The notes beneath the pieces were generated by a model that was given only the letters and a program-made list of their open reading frames with translations, was not told the DNA's origin and ran no database searches. A program made the position numbers and the translations under genes. A stretch of 64,000 nt of DNA, from IMG/VR virus record IMGVR_UViG_3300042006_000224; one strand, given 5' to 3'. Source of the stretch: an uncultured virus (IMG/VR IMGVR_UViG_3300042006_000224) (taxonomy: Duplodnaviria; Heunggongvirae; Uroviricota; Caudoviricetes; Schitoviridae). Position 1 is the first letter of the stretch. Each line of letters opens with the position of its first letter. Positions 19,365 through 28,479 of the stretch are shown here, one piece after another.

Positions 19365-19823
19365 ATGTCTAAAGCACGATTGAAGTCAAAGAACGTCTTG
19401 GGGACTGCTGAAGGTGGTACCGGGGCAACTTCCATGGGGGCCGGCGCTGTTGGGGCAGTTTCCCAAGCTGCTGGTATTCCTACCGGTGCAATTGTTGAGT
19501 CAGGCTCTAACGCCAACGGTACTTTTACCAAGTACGCAGACGGTACAATGATCTGTGTACGCACCTACACAGTAACTGGGGTAAACGTTACTAACGCCAC
19601 AGGTTCACTGTTTTATGTTACGTGGACTGCGCAAACATTTGCTGCCACTTTTATTGCACCTCCTGTAGTACACAATGGAGCTTATGTTTCTGGTGCATCG
19701 ATTTGGGCTACTAATGGCAGCTCAACGGCTACGTCTACAGGTGCCTTTCTGGTTATGGCACCAAATTCTATTTCTAACGCCGCGATCACTGTACACATAA
19801 CAGCCATCGGCCGTTGGTTCTAA
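19365..19823 (+). CDS. Tail fibre tip paralog
   Basis: 'GGTGATSMGAGAVG', 'ESGSNANGTFTKYADGTMIC...GRWF'. Confidence 0.75.
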   Translation: MSKARLKSKNVLGTAEGGTGATSMGAGAVGAVSQAAGIPTGAIVESGSNANGTFTKYADGTMICVRTYTVTGVNVTNATGSLFYVTWTAQTFAATFIAPPVVHNGAYVSGASIWATNGSSTATSTGAFLVMAPNSISNAAITVHITAIGRWF

Positions 19824-19833
19824 AGGGGAATAT

Positions 19834-20334
19834 ATGAACATCAAACTCGCACACACTGCCCTGAACATCGCCATCGAGATTCTCGGCGACAAATACGGCA
19901 GCAATGAAGCCAAATTGCAGGTCTTGGCCATCGGCGGGCAGGAAACTAAATTCACTGCCCGACGTCAAATCATCAAGAAGGATGGCAAGTTGGTCCCTCT
20001 GGGTCCGGCTACCAGTTTCTGGCAGTTTGAGCAGGGCGGTGGTGTCAAAGGTGTGCTTACGCACGCCAGCTCCGCTACCCTGGCCAAACGTCTCTGTGCG
20101 GTACGGGATGTGGCACCAACGTCGGCTGCTGTCTGGTCTGCGATGGAACACGATGATGTTCTTGGCGCTGGTTTCGCTCGACTGCTCCTACTGACCGATA
20201 TGGGCAAATTGCCTAAGATCGGTGATGCTGAAGCAGGTTGGGCGACCTATATCAAGAACTGGCGCCCGGGTAAACCGCACAAAGACACATGGGCTACCGC
20301 ATACGCGAATGCCCGTACAGAATTGGGGGTCTAA
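19834..20334 (+). CDS. Putative endolysin (lysozyme-like)
   Basis: 'IGGQE...FWQFE.GGG...FARLLL...WRPGKPH'; directly upstream of the spanins. Confidence 0.65.
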   Translation: MNIKLAHTALNIAIEILGDKYGSNEAKLQVLAIGGQETKFTARRQIIKKDGKLVPLGPATSFWQFEQGGGVKGVLTHASSATLAKRLCAVRDVAPTSAAVWSAMEHDDVLGAGFARLLLLTDMGKLPKIGDAEAGWATYIKNWRPGKPHKDTWATAYANARTELGV

Positions 20335-20841
20335 ATGATCAAAGCCTTCCTCGGCGCGCACTGGATTGCTATAGTGCTCGTCGTCGGGGCTTTGGGCGTA
20401 GGTTTCGCTCAAGGCGTCGACTATAACGACAAGGGCTGGCTAGCCCGTTGGGAATCACGCAATGCGGATGAAGCGACGGCCAAGGCAGCATTCGAAACTA
20501 AGCAACGTGAAACAGAACGGGGATTACGCGATGACCTCGCAAATCAACTGGAAATCAACGATAAACAACGGGCTGAAAGCCAGCGCGTTAAATCTGATGC
20601 TGATGCTGCTCTTAACGGCTTGCACGGGGAAATCTCTTCCCTCCAGCTACGTTTACAGCGAACCAGTAATGCTTCCGGCAATTCCAGCACAGTTTCGTCA
20701 GTTACCCGCGCCGCAATGGTGCTCACCGACTTGCTTGCAAGCTGTAGCACAGAGCGACAAGATCTCGCGGGATCGTTTGACGAATCTCGCAACCGAGCCT
20801 TAAAAGTCGAGCAGATGTACGATAAAGCACGGGGCCAATAG
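20335..20841 (+). CDS. Rz-like inner-membrane spanin
   Basis: N-terminal TM segment plus coiled coil. Confidence 0.75.
   Translation: MIKAFLGAHWIAIVLVVGALGVGFAQGVDYNDKGWLARWESRNADEATAKAAFETKQRETERGLRDDLANQLEINDKQRAESQRVKSDADAALNGLHGEISSLQLRLQRTSNASGNSSTVSSVTRAAMVLTDLLASCSTERQDLAGSFDESRNRALKVEQMYDKARGQ
20531..20803 (+). CDS. Rz1-like outer-membrane lipoprotein spanin embedded in Rz
   Basis: Alternate frame with lipobox LLLTA-C followed by a Pro-rich segment. Confidence 0.7.
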   Translation: MTSQINWKSTINNGLKASALNLMLMLLLTACTGKSLPSSYVYSEPVMLPAIPAQFRQLPAPQWCSPTCLQAVAQSDKISRDRLTNLATEP

Positions 20842-20855
20842 GCCCCGCTTCTTTT

Positions 20856-21137
20856 TCAACCGATAATTGACTTGGCATCAATTTCGTTCTCTTCGCAGTA
20901 TTCCCGTACGCAATCATCTGCATCCTGGCCGTTGGCTTCCAGATTGTGGGCCAGCGCGTCATAGGCGGTCATGGTGTCGCCGCGCCCGCAAGAAACTACC
21001 TTCACCCCTTCAATGATGTCCGAATCCTCGGCCAATGACTTGGTGAACGGGCCGGCAAACATGCCGGTGAAGTTTTCTTCGTTGGTGATCTCGAAGACCA
21101 CGGTGAAGTATCTTTTTACTGGTTTGACGTCAGTCAT
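20856..21137 (-). CDS. Hypothetical protein
   Basis: Acidic ORF in operon. Confidence 0.6.
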   Translation of the reverse strand: MTDVKPVKRYFTVVFEITNEENFTGMFAGPFTKSLAEDSDIIEGVKVVSCGRGDTMTAYDALAHNLEANGQDADDCVREYCEENEIDAKSIIG

Positions 21138-21520
21138 GTGAGCACCTTGATCAGATACATAGCGATACCGCACGCAATAGCGAGCTGTATACCGAAGTTG
21201 AGGTTGTAAAGCGCACGTACTACGCGCTCTGGTTGATAACGGTCCCATTCTTGCACCGTCATGACGTAATACTTGTCCGACGGCTTGGCCAGCCGGTAGG
21301 TGCCCGCATGCAGGCTGGTACCTAACCCTTCAGTCCCAGGCATCAGACTTTGTCCTTGAACAAAACCAGACGGATGCGGATTGTTGACTATCAGCATATC
21401 GCCGATGTCCTGTGACTGTTTGCCACCGCCAATGTGCGGCGGGTAGTGGGAGATCGCCGTAGCGATGACGATGTCACCATGCAGCAGCCCCATTGGGTTG
21501 TTATTTCGGTCGCGTGCCAT
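21134..21520 (-). CDS. Hypothetical protein with C-terminal TM segment
   Basis: ATG at 21520; ATGA overlap. Confidence 0.6.
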   Translation of the reverse strand: MARDRNNNPMGLLHGDIVIATAISHYPPHIGGGKQSQDIGDMLIVNNPHPSGFVQGQSLMPGTEGLGTSLHAGTYRLAKPSDKYYVMTVQEWDRYQPERVVRALYNLNFGIQLAIACGIAMYLIKVLT

Positions 21521-21530
21521 ATTACACCCG

Positions 21531-21556
21531 TAAAAAAGCCCCGCAGTGCGAGGCTT
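21531..21556 (-). terminator. Rho-independent terminator after holin
   Basis: AAAAAAGCCCCGCAGTGCGAGGCTT. Confidence 0.6.
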
Positions 21557-21561
21557 GGTGG

Positions 21562-21891
21562 TTACTGTTGATCGGGGGTCGGTTTGTCGACTCCCCAACG
21601 TTTGCCTAACACTCCCTCGACAATCGAGAAGAGTTTGCCCCCGTAGTGCGCAGCGACCGATGTTGCAATTGGTTGGGTGAACCAACCCGGCACGCTGTCA
21701 GCAATGACTGGGTACATGTCCCAAACAAGCCAGCCGGCCAATACTGCGCCGGTCAATTGAGCAGAGAGCCACAACAGCGAGAATTTCTGGCCCTTGGCCA
21801 AGGCGGAAGCCACGGACAAGAAGCCAGAGAGTAAGCTGAGGACTACGGCGAAAATCGTACCGGATACGGTAGGATCGTGTTTCCATGGCAT
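21562..21891 (-). CDS. Putative holin (3 TM segments)
   Basis: 109 aa, three hydrophobic segments, 'AAHYGG', charged C-terminus. Confidence 0.65.
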   Translation of the reverse strand: MPWKHDPTVSGTIFAVVLSLLSGFLSVASALAKGQKFSLLWLSAQLTGAVLAGWLVWDMYPVIADSVPGWFTQPIATSVAAHYGGKLFSIVEGVLGKRWGVDKPTPDQQ

Positions 21892-21962
21892 AGCGAATCT
21901 CCGGTCAGAGGCCCAATCTGGCCAGCGCACATAATAGTGGCAAATTGACCGGAGAGATACAC

Positions 21963-22484
21963 TTAGCCCACCAAAGCCGTGCGTATTGTGGCGATTCGTG
22001 CAAACAAACCTGTGTACAACGGATGTTGCCCAAGGAAGCGTTCGCTTACTTGATTCGTCCACACTGGGCCGTAAATTTTGGACATCAATTCGCTGTTAAG
22101 CGCATGAAGACCATTTACGTCAGAAATAGGAGCGAACTCCTGCGTTCTGGCGGTTAACAGGACTTTTTGTTCATCGTCGATGTTTTCCGCTGCCTCAATG
22201 TCCAGCATCACGATGCCGGCCAGTGTTTTGGGGTCAATCTTGCGGTGCAGGGTGCCGAACGGGTCGAGACAGCCAACAATGTACTTGTCTGTCGCAGCGA
22301 GAAAGAATTCCCGCGTAGACAGCTTGCCCATGTTGCTCCAGTAGCAGCTATTGGTCTGCCCGCCGCCTTGCACAACAATGCGCCCAACACCGGGTGATTC
22401 ATCGACCAACGACACAATGATGACTTCCGCGGTGGCTTCGTCTTCAATGCGCAGGTCTTCAATCTTGCGGATACTTACCTTCAT
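21963..22484 (-). CDS. Hypothetical phage protein
   Basis: 173-aa ORF. Confidence 0.65.
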   Translation of the reverse strand: MKVSIRKIEDLRIEDEATAEVIIVSLVDESPGVGRIVVQGGGQTNSCYWSNMGKLSTREFFLAATDKYIVGCLDPFGTLHRKIDPKTLAGIVMLDIEAAENIDDEQKVLLTARTQEFAPISDVNGLHALNSELMSKIYGPVWTNQVSERFLGQHPLYTGLFARIATIRTALVG

Positions 22485-22487
22485 GGT

Positions 22488-22649
22488 TTACAGCTCCAAC
22501 AGGGCGTCGGCCACCGCCTGGATAATGGTGATGCTCTCTTCGGGCATCTGGCCGGTAGCAATGCTAACAGCCTGGTGACGGGAAGAGAGCGGGAAGTATT
22601 CGGGATGCTGCTCTTTGATGCGCAGCGCGACTTCTTCTGGCTCGCTCAT
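22488..22649 (-). CDS. Small hypothetical protein (53 aa, not in ORF track)
   Basis: MSEPEEVALR...LLEL; ATGA overlap with the upstream gene. Confidence 0.55.
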   Translation of the reverse strand: MSEPEEVALRIKEQHPEYFPLSSRHQAVSIATGQMPEESITIIQAVADALLEL

Positions 22650-22879
22650 TTCACTTCCTCGAACGAGTGCGTGACCTCGGTGCCGACGATACGGTCGTAG
22701 ATGACGGAGCCGCTTTGGAGCGCTTGGACGGCTTCGATGCTTTGCTCTTGGCGGGCGTCAATACCGAGGTTGGTATTGTAGGTGCCGAAGATTTCAGCTT
22801 TCGCGGTGGCGAATTCCGTGGTGTTTTCGGGATCGATGTCGATGATGGTGCTGATGGTGGTGGTGAGTCGGACTTGCAT
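22646..22879 (-). CDS. Hypothetical protein
   Basis: Strong AGGAGG SD. Confidence 0.65.
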   Translation of the reverse strand: MQVRLTTTISTIIDIDPENTTEFATAKAEIFGTYNTNLGIDARQEQSIEAVQALQSGSVIYDRIVGTEVTHSFEEVK

Positions 22880-23117
22880 GGAACCTCCTGATACAGCGTG
22901 GCATGAAGCGCTTTACGCTTCTTGAGAGGGATCTTCAGCGTTTCCTTACGGAACGCTACCCATTCTTCGAGGGAAACCTGTTCCCAGTTACCGGGTACCG
23001 GCAACGAGTCCATGTCCCAGCTCCGCACGCAGCGGCTGGTACGATGAACGAAGAAATACCGGCCGTTGACCGGTGCGTTACCGAACTTGCCGGGTGCATG
23101 CAGAGACTTGGCCATTT

Positions 23118-23573
23118 TTACTCCTTGAAGTGCGGCAGACTACGTACGTCGATACCGGCTTCAGCTAATAGCTCAATGCCGGTCATATCGTCGTGGAAAC
23201 GGTGGAAGAACACCCGGGCAATGCCGGATGGGATAATGGTGCGGGCGCAGACGTCGCAGGGCGCGACAGTGGTGAACATCCAGGCACCTTGTAGCGAAGT
23301 TCCGCTACGTAGTGCCCAACCCATGGCGTTGTTTTCGGCGTGAAGCACCGAACGATCGGTCTTCATGCGAGGCACGCCGTCTTCCTCGACTGGGGTGTTT
23401 TCGCAGCGGTTGGTGTGGTGGCCTGCGGGCTGTCCATTCCAGCCGGTGACCATTGCCCCCGAAGGGGACACGATCACGCAGCCGACCTGTTCCCGTTTAG
23501 CCTCAGACTGAGCCTCGGCGGCATAGGCCTGAGCCATGAACAGGTTCAGGTATTTGTCACGCAGTGGGCTCAT
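23118..23573 (-). CDS. dCMP deaminase
   Basis: 'VGC', 'GWNG', HAE and PCxxC zinc motifs. Confidence 0.9.
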   Translation of the reverse strand: MSPLRDKYLNLFMAQAYAAEAQSEAKREQVGCVIVSPSGAMVTGWNGQPAGHHTNRCENTPVEEDGVPRMKTDRSVLHAENNAMGWALRSGTSLQGAWMFTTVAPCDVCARTIIPSGIARVFFHRFHDDMTGIELLAEAGIDVRSLPHFKE

Positions 23574-24068
23574 ACGATGTCCTCGAACGTCGTGGTGACG
23601 TGGGACACGCCACTGATGAGGCCACGTTCAACCTGATCTTCAATCAGATCATTCACGATGGTTTCGTATTCGTGACCTTCCAGCTCTTTACCGGAGCCTT
23701 CAGGTACGTTCAGGATTACTTGGATCACTACTTGCATTGGTTTGCTCCTTTTCAAAGCAGGGGACGCACTTGGCGCCGCGCATAGGGCCACCCATGCCAC
23801 GGATGTAGAATCCGCAGCTCACACATGAGATGACGCACGCGGTGTAGACCATCCCGGGTTTGGTTGGGTGAATGGGGGTTCCGTCGCTTTTGTAGCCGAG
23901 AATGGCACTCAATTTGAGTGCCTCCAGCGAATAGTGCCGTCGGACATGGTGTCTTTAAAGCACCAGCCGTACCGGCCGTTGGCATTCGCCGCCCACGACT
24001 TTTCAGTGCTGATAATTGTGATCATACGAACGGCCTCACGTAAACGTAGTAAAACCAGGCAGTAGCAA

Positions 24069-26702
24069 TCATGCAGCTTCCTTTTCACGAATTTTGTCCA
24101 TATGCGCTTTGCACACGGCCTTGATGGTAGGGATGTCGGCGTTAACCGGCAATGTCACCGGGGTAGCCCAGTTCGGGTAGAACAGATCGAGTGCAGCACC
24201 GATCTTGACCGTATCGTGGTGCAATTCAGGCAGTTCCTGCCAAGACATCTCTTCGATCAGCACACGGTTCGCAAACTCCACCACCACCGGATCATTTTTG
24301 ATCAGGATATAAATAGCGTCGTGAATCAATGCAACTGGTTTGATGTCGTAGCGGAACGGGCTTGCATGGACACGTTTCATGAACGCTGCAGCCGCACGGT
24401 TGTTCAACAGACCATAAGACTGGCCCATTGCGTTGCCTGCGGTACGACCTTCGGCTGCCACCTCTTTCGGGGTGCAATCCAGGCCCAGATAGGACCGGCC
24501 GAGCATTGGCGTACGTAAACGCAAACCAAAGGCCACAGTGACGTAGCCGTCGCGGGTTGCTTGGTGCAAGCGGTCCATAATGTACTCGGTGGAGGCCTTG
24601 TACAGTTCGTGGAAGTTCGCTTCGATGCGCTTCGCCTTCTCTTCCGGCCAACCGAGGTTTTTCATCAGCGTGGCGAAGGTTCCCTGATAAGTCAGGGCGA
24701 ATGTTGGAGCTTTCGACTCTTGACGCAGTTCCGGGTACTTCTTGGCGATGCTGTTGATCGAATCAACCGAAGTCGGATCGATGTCAGGCATTTGGTCGCC
24801 AAAGTACGCATAAGCCCGCAAGCAGTGACCGTCGTAGCCGTCGATGTACACCTTCAGCTTGTTAGGGTCGCGGGTAGTCAAGGCAGAGATGTAATCTTCC
24901 AAACTGTTGAAGTCGGCCCCGGCAAAGATCCATCCGGGTGGCCCCATGAACAGTTCCTTGATCAGCTTGCCGTAAGCAGAGCCAGCGGGCAGGTTCTGCA
25001 TGTTTGGGTCGCTGGAAGACAGCCGGCCCGAAACGGTACCGCCGATGTTGAATACGCCATGCAAATAACGCATGCCATCGGCTTTGAGGATTCCATTCTC
25101 GAATGCAGGCATAAACGCCTGAAGGATCTTGGTCACCGCTGAATAGTCGATCAGAGCCTGTAACAAGGCCAGATATGGCTTCGCCCGTTCGTGATCGAGC
25201 AACTGCTTGATGATCTTGCCACCAGTAGCCGGCTGCTTGGTCTTGGTCTTCGCGAGGATGGGTAAATCCATCAATTCGTACAGCAGACGCTGTAATTGCA
25301 ACGGCGACCCTGGGTTGAACACGGTATCCGCGAATTTCTCCAGCGGGTGCTGTTTGACCTTCAACTTAGCGTTTGCCGCCTCCATCGCCGAGACTTGCAG
25401 CAGATAGTTCAGCTTTGTCACCATCGGATCATTCTGGATGGTCAGCAAGTATTGCTCTTGCAGCTTCTCCAGTTTTTCCTTGGTTTCGGTGACCTTTTTC
25501 GGGTCCATCGGCAGACCCACCAACTCTACGTTGATGATCAGCCGCATCGAGTCCTTCATCAGCCCGTTGTACAACTCAAGCTGTTGATCGGCTACCACCG
25601 TCGGCATGTGCTTGTCGTAGGCATAGTTCGTCGCCATGCAGTCCACTCCGTTGTATCGGAGCAGGTTTGGCAGGTCGATTTTACGGATGTCCTTGATATC
25701 GTCCTGTGCATAGTTGCCGGTGAACTCCTGCGACTGATACTTCAGGCCCAAGGTGTTACCGGAGCAAGAATTGACCGCCAGATAGCTCAGCACCTTGGTA
25801 CAGTCCAGATTGCGGGTCATGATGTCCAAACCTTCCAGACAGCTCTTGTAATCGAGCGGATCACGCATCCAGAGGTTGTAGATCAGGTGCTTTACGTCAT
25901 AGGTGGCACTGTGGAAGCGTTTGCCCCCCATGTACTGCCGAAGGAAGTCCTTGAGGATCTCACGAACCTCTTTGTTGTCCTTCCGGTAGTGGAAGTTGCC
26001 TTCGTCGTCCTTCTCGCCCAGATTGTGCAAGTCGACCGGGAAAGCAATGAAGTCATGCTGCGTCCAGGCCAATGCGAAAGTCGCAATGCCGGATTCGTCG
26101 AGTCGAAGGCTGTAGCCCTCAATGTCCATCGCCAAGTGCGGGAACTTGTGCAATTCCATCAAAGCGTTGCGGATTTCGTTGGCCGTCTTCGGGTAGAACT
26201 CCGAATGGATGATCTGGTCCCCGGGCGGTACGTAGTTGCCCTTGTACACGCTGCACAGTGCGTCCAGGCCTTGGTCGAGATGCGCCTTCTTGTCCGGTGC
26301 GTAAACCAGCACCTGATAATTGACGCCAAGCACGACTTGCATGTGCTCGAAGCCTGGTACCGCACAGGGCAGGGAATAACCGAGGTGAACCTCTGCCTTC
26401 TTCTGCCCGGTGAGGTATTTGAAATAGGTACCGTCGGTGCAATAGATGTATTTCACATGTGCACGCTCCAGCACCTTCAGCAAGTTCGCCGAATACGACT
26501 TTACCTGTGCCGCCGACACCTTTTTCGCACTTTCGTACGATAGGGTGAAGGCGATGCAGTCTTCCTGCGGAATCCCTCGATCTTTCAGCGGTTGGATGTA
26601 GTTCTTGTGGATCAGGGCCTGATCGAACGTGTATTGCTTCATCAGGACGGCCACCGGGTAGTGACCGCTTTGGTTCTTCTGAAAGAAGAGATGATGGCGC
26701 AC
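24069..26702 (-). CDS. DNA polymerase, family A, with 3'-5' exonuclease
   Basis: DIE exo I, 'SGRLSSSDPNMQN', 'DFNSLE', 'RQESKAPTFALTY', 'IHDA'. Confidence 0.95.
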   Translation of the reverse strand: MRHHLFFQKNQSGHYPVAVLMKQYTFDQALIHKNYIQPLKDRGIPQEDCIAFTLSYESAKKVSAAQVKSYSANLLKVLERAHVKYIYCTDGTYFKYLTGQKKAEVHLGYSLPCAVPGFEHMQVVLGVNYQVLVYAPDKKAHLDQGLDALCSVYKGNYVPPGDQIIHSEFYPKTANEIRNALMELHKFPHLAMDIEGYSLRLDESGIATFALAWTQHDFIAFPVDLHNLGEKDDEGNFHYRKDNKEVREILKDFLRQYMGGKRFHSATYDVKHLIYNLWMRDPLDYKSCLEGLDIMTRNLDCTKVLSYLAVNSCSGNTLGLKYQSQEFTGNYAQDDIKDIRKIDLPNLLRYNGVDCMATNYAYDKHMPTVVADQQLELYNGLMKDSMRLIINVELVGLPMDPKKVTETKEKLEKLQEQYLLTIQNDPMVTKLNYLLQVSAMEAANAKLKVKQHPLEKFADTVFNPGSPLQLQRLLYELMDLPILAKTKTKQPATGGKIIKQLLDHERAKPYLALLQALIDYSAVTKILQAFMPAFENGILKADGMRYLHGVFNIGGTVSGRLSSSDPNMQNLPAGSAYGKLIKELFMGPPGWIFAGADFNSLEDYISALTTRDPNKLKVYIDGYDGHCLRAYAYFGDQMPDIDPTSVDSINSIAKKYPELRQESKAPTFALTYQGTFATLMKNLGWPEEKAKRIEANFHELYKASTEYIMDRLHQATRDGYVTVAFGLRLRTPMLGRSYLGLDCTPKEVAAEGRTAGNAMGQSYGLLNNRAAAAFMKRVHASPFRYDIKPVALIHDAIYILIKNDPVVVEFANRVLIEEMSWQELPELHHDTVKIGAALDLFYPNWATPVTLPVNADIPTIKAVCKAHMDKIREKEAA

Positions 26703-27226
26703 TAGCTATCTCCTTGGATTAGGTTTGTCATTAAACGCACCTTGAGAGCGTCTAACGACTTTTCTCCGATGCCCATTTCGTGCGCGGCGTCGTCCATGTC
26801 AACATCGGTCAGTTGCAGACCCTCAGTCGCCAGAACTTGCTGGAACGGTGCACGTAGTGCCGTCGGCAAACGCTGAAAGAGAACTTCAGCATCGTCCGAC
26901 GAATTCAACCACTTCTGGATGTAGCCGGCCACCAGTGGACGTTCCTCACGCTCGATAAAGAGCTGTTCGAATAGAATCTTGTCCATTGCTGGTTTCAGGC
27001 TGTCAAACAGCTTGGGGATGTTCTGCGGCGGCCTCACATAGCGCGACTGCGTGTGGAACTTGCTGCGGTACATGAATCCGAAATATTGGATGCCGACCAA
27101 AGCGTCGTTCTCCGCAATTATCTCGGCAAGCTGTCGCTTGTGACGTTCATCGACTGGCGCATAGACAAATGCCAGCAGTGCGTCACGCACTTTCAGTTTG
27201 AACTGCGCTTTAGCACGGCGATCCAT
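26702..27226 (-). CDS. Hypothetical protein (conserved position in N4-like phages)
   Basis: Between helicase and polymerase. Confidence 0.65.
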   Translation of the reverse strand: MDRRAKAQFKLKVRDALLAFVYAPVDERHKRQLAEIIAENDALVGIQYFGFMYRSKFHTQSRYVRPPQNIPKLFDSLKPAMDKILFEQLFIEREERPLVAGYIQKWLNSSDDAEVLFQRLPTALRAPFQQVLATEGLQLTDVDMDDAAHEMGIGEKSLDALKVRLMTNLIQGDS

Positions 27227-28479
27227 TATTTCCTCCGTAAATCCCCGGTCATGATGATTCGGCTCCGGCCCCGGCTCAGTGCCACATACAAGATGCGGGC
27301 AAGCTGCGCCAGTGTCCGGCATTTAGAACAGATGTCGTTCAGGTCGACCATGACAATGTCATAGGTCGAGCCCTGGGACTTGTTGACGGTCTGGGCGAAC
27401 GATGGGCGCAGATCAATCCAAGTGTCGAGGATGATCTTCATCGCGCTGTAATCGTCCTCACGGACGGCCTGAGCGTGTGCCTTATCCTTCTGTCCGCGGT
27501 GCTTGGGCATGAAATAGTAGCTGCCTTTACCTCGCAAGAGGATCGAGTAGCCTTCCACGCCATACTCTTTGGTCAGCTCGACTTCTTCGAGAGTGACCTC
27601 TTCGTTGGCGCTGCACTTGCTGCCGTTGTTCTGTACCGCCTCGTTGACCAGCATACGCTGACCCGGCTGCGGCACGGTGGTACCCAGCACCTTCTTCGAT
27701 AAGAAGTTGTTGTACTGGGTGACACAGTTGTTGGTGTAAGCCAGGATCTTCACCTGCTTGTTCGGCTCTTTGGTAAACAGCCGGTAAGCTTCGGCATTGA
27801 AGTCCTCTTGGCTCAGTCGGTCGATAACGCCCGGGGTGAGCGGAAACTTTGACCAGTTGCCTTCCATTACCGCAGCGCGCAGGTTGCCCATGAGCGTTTG
27901 CAGAATGCCCCCTTCGAAGCGGACCAGATCGGTCAGTTCGATCTCGCAGGCGTTCATTTCGAACGCAGGCATGAAATCGTCTTCGATGGGGGTGAGTTGT
28001 GCAGGATCGCCGATGAACACCAGCTTGCAGCGCTTGGTTTGCTTGAGGATCTTCGCCAACAATTTCTTGTCGACAAAGCTGGCCTCGTCGATGAACACCA
28101 ACGAGTTTTCCAACCCGTCGCCGTACTCGGTGAGGTATTTCTCCTTGGTTTTGTAGTCGGTGACCAAACGCAGTTCGCAAGCGCTGTGAATGGTCTTGAC
28201 CTCCTGCTTGTAACCGACGGCCAGGGCAAATGCCTCGGCCGCTTGGTTGGTGGTTGCCGTCAGGACAATGTGTGGCGGAACGTACTCCGGGGCACAGAGT
28301 TTGGCCATGGCATCCATCTGTGGGAGATCAGCCAGTAACCGGCGAACGAGGGTCGTCTTGCCGGTACCGCTGTAGCCCTTGAGCACCATCACCGTCTGGT
28401 TAGGGTCAAGGTAGAAGGAGAGGAACGTGTCGTAGCCCCGCCCCTGACTGGGAGTGAGATCAAAAGGGATCATCATCAA
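27226..28479 (-). CDS. Dda/RecD-like SF1B DNA helicase
   Basis: GYSGTGKT, DEAS, GDPAQL, 'TVNKSQGST', 'YVALSR'. Confidence 0.92.
   Translation of the reverse strand: MMMIPFDLTPSQGRGYDTFLSFYLDPNQTVMVLKGYSGTGKTTLVRRLLADLPQMDAMAKLCAPEYVPPHIVLTATTNQAAEAFALAVGYKQEVKTIHSACELRLVTDYKTKEKYLTEYGDGLENSLVFIDEASFVDKKLLAKILKQTKRCKLVFIGDPAQLTPIEDDFMPAFEMNACEIELTDLVRFEGGILQTLMGNLRAAVMEGNWSKFPLTPGVIDRLSQEDFNAEAYRLFTKEPNKQVKILAYTNNCVTQYNNFLSKKVLGTTVPQPGQRMLVNEAVQNNGSKCSANEEVTLEEVELTKEYGVEGYSILLRGKGSYYFMPKHRGQKDKAHAQAVREDDYSAMKIILDTWIDLRPSFAQTVNKSQGSTYDIVMVDLNDICSKCRTLAQLARILYVALSRGRSRIIMTGDLRRK

Noticed and set aside
16364..19823. DGR or shufflon driving tail-fibre variation
   Set aside because: No reverse transcriptase, no adenine-specific TR/VR pair, no recombinase or inverted cassettes seen.
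22651..23115. 154-aa ORF overlapping 22646-22879 by ~230 nt
   Set aside because: The N-terminal half is probably a real gene, but the overlapping tail looks like low-complexity read-through rather than true dual coding.
24069..26702. Intron or intein in DNA polymerase or terminase
   Set aside because: Both ORFs are continuous and of ordinary length, with no splice-junction motifs seen.
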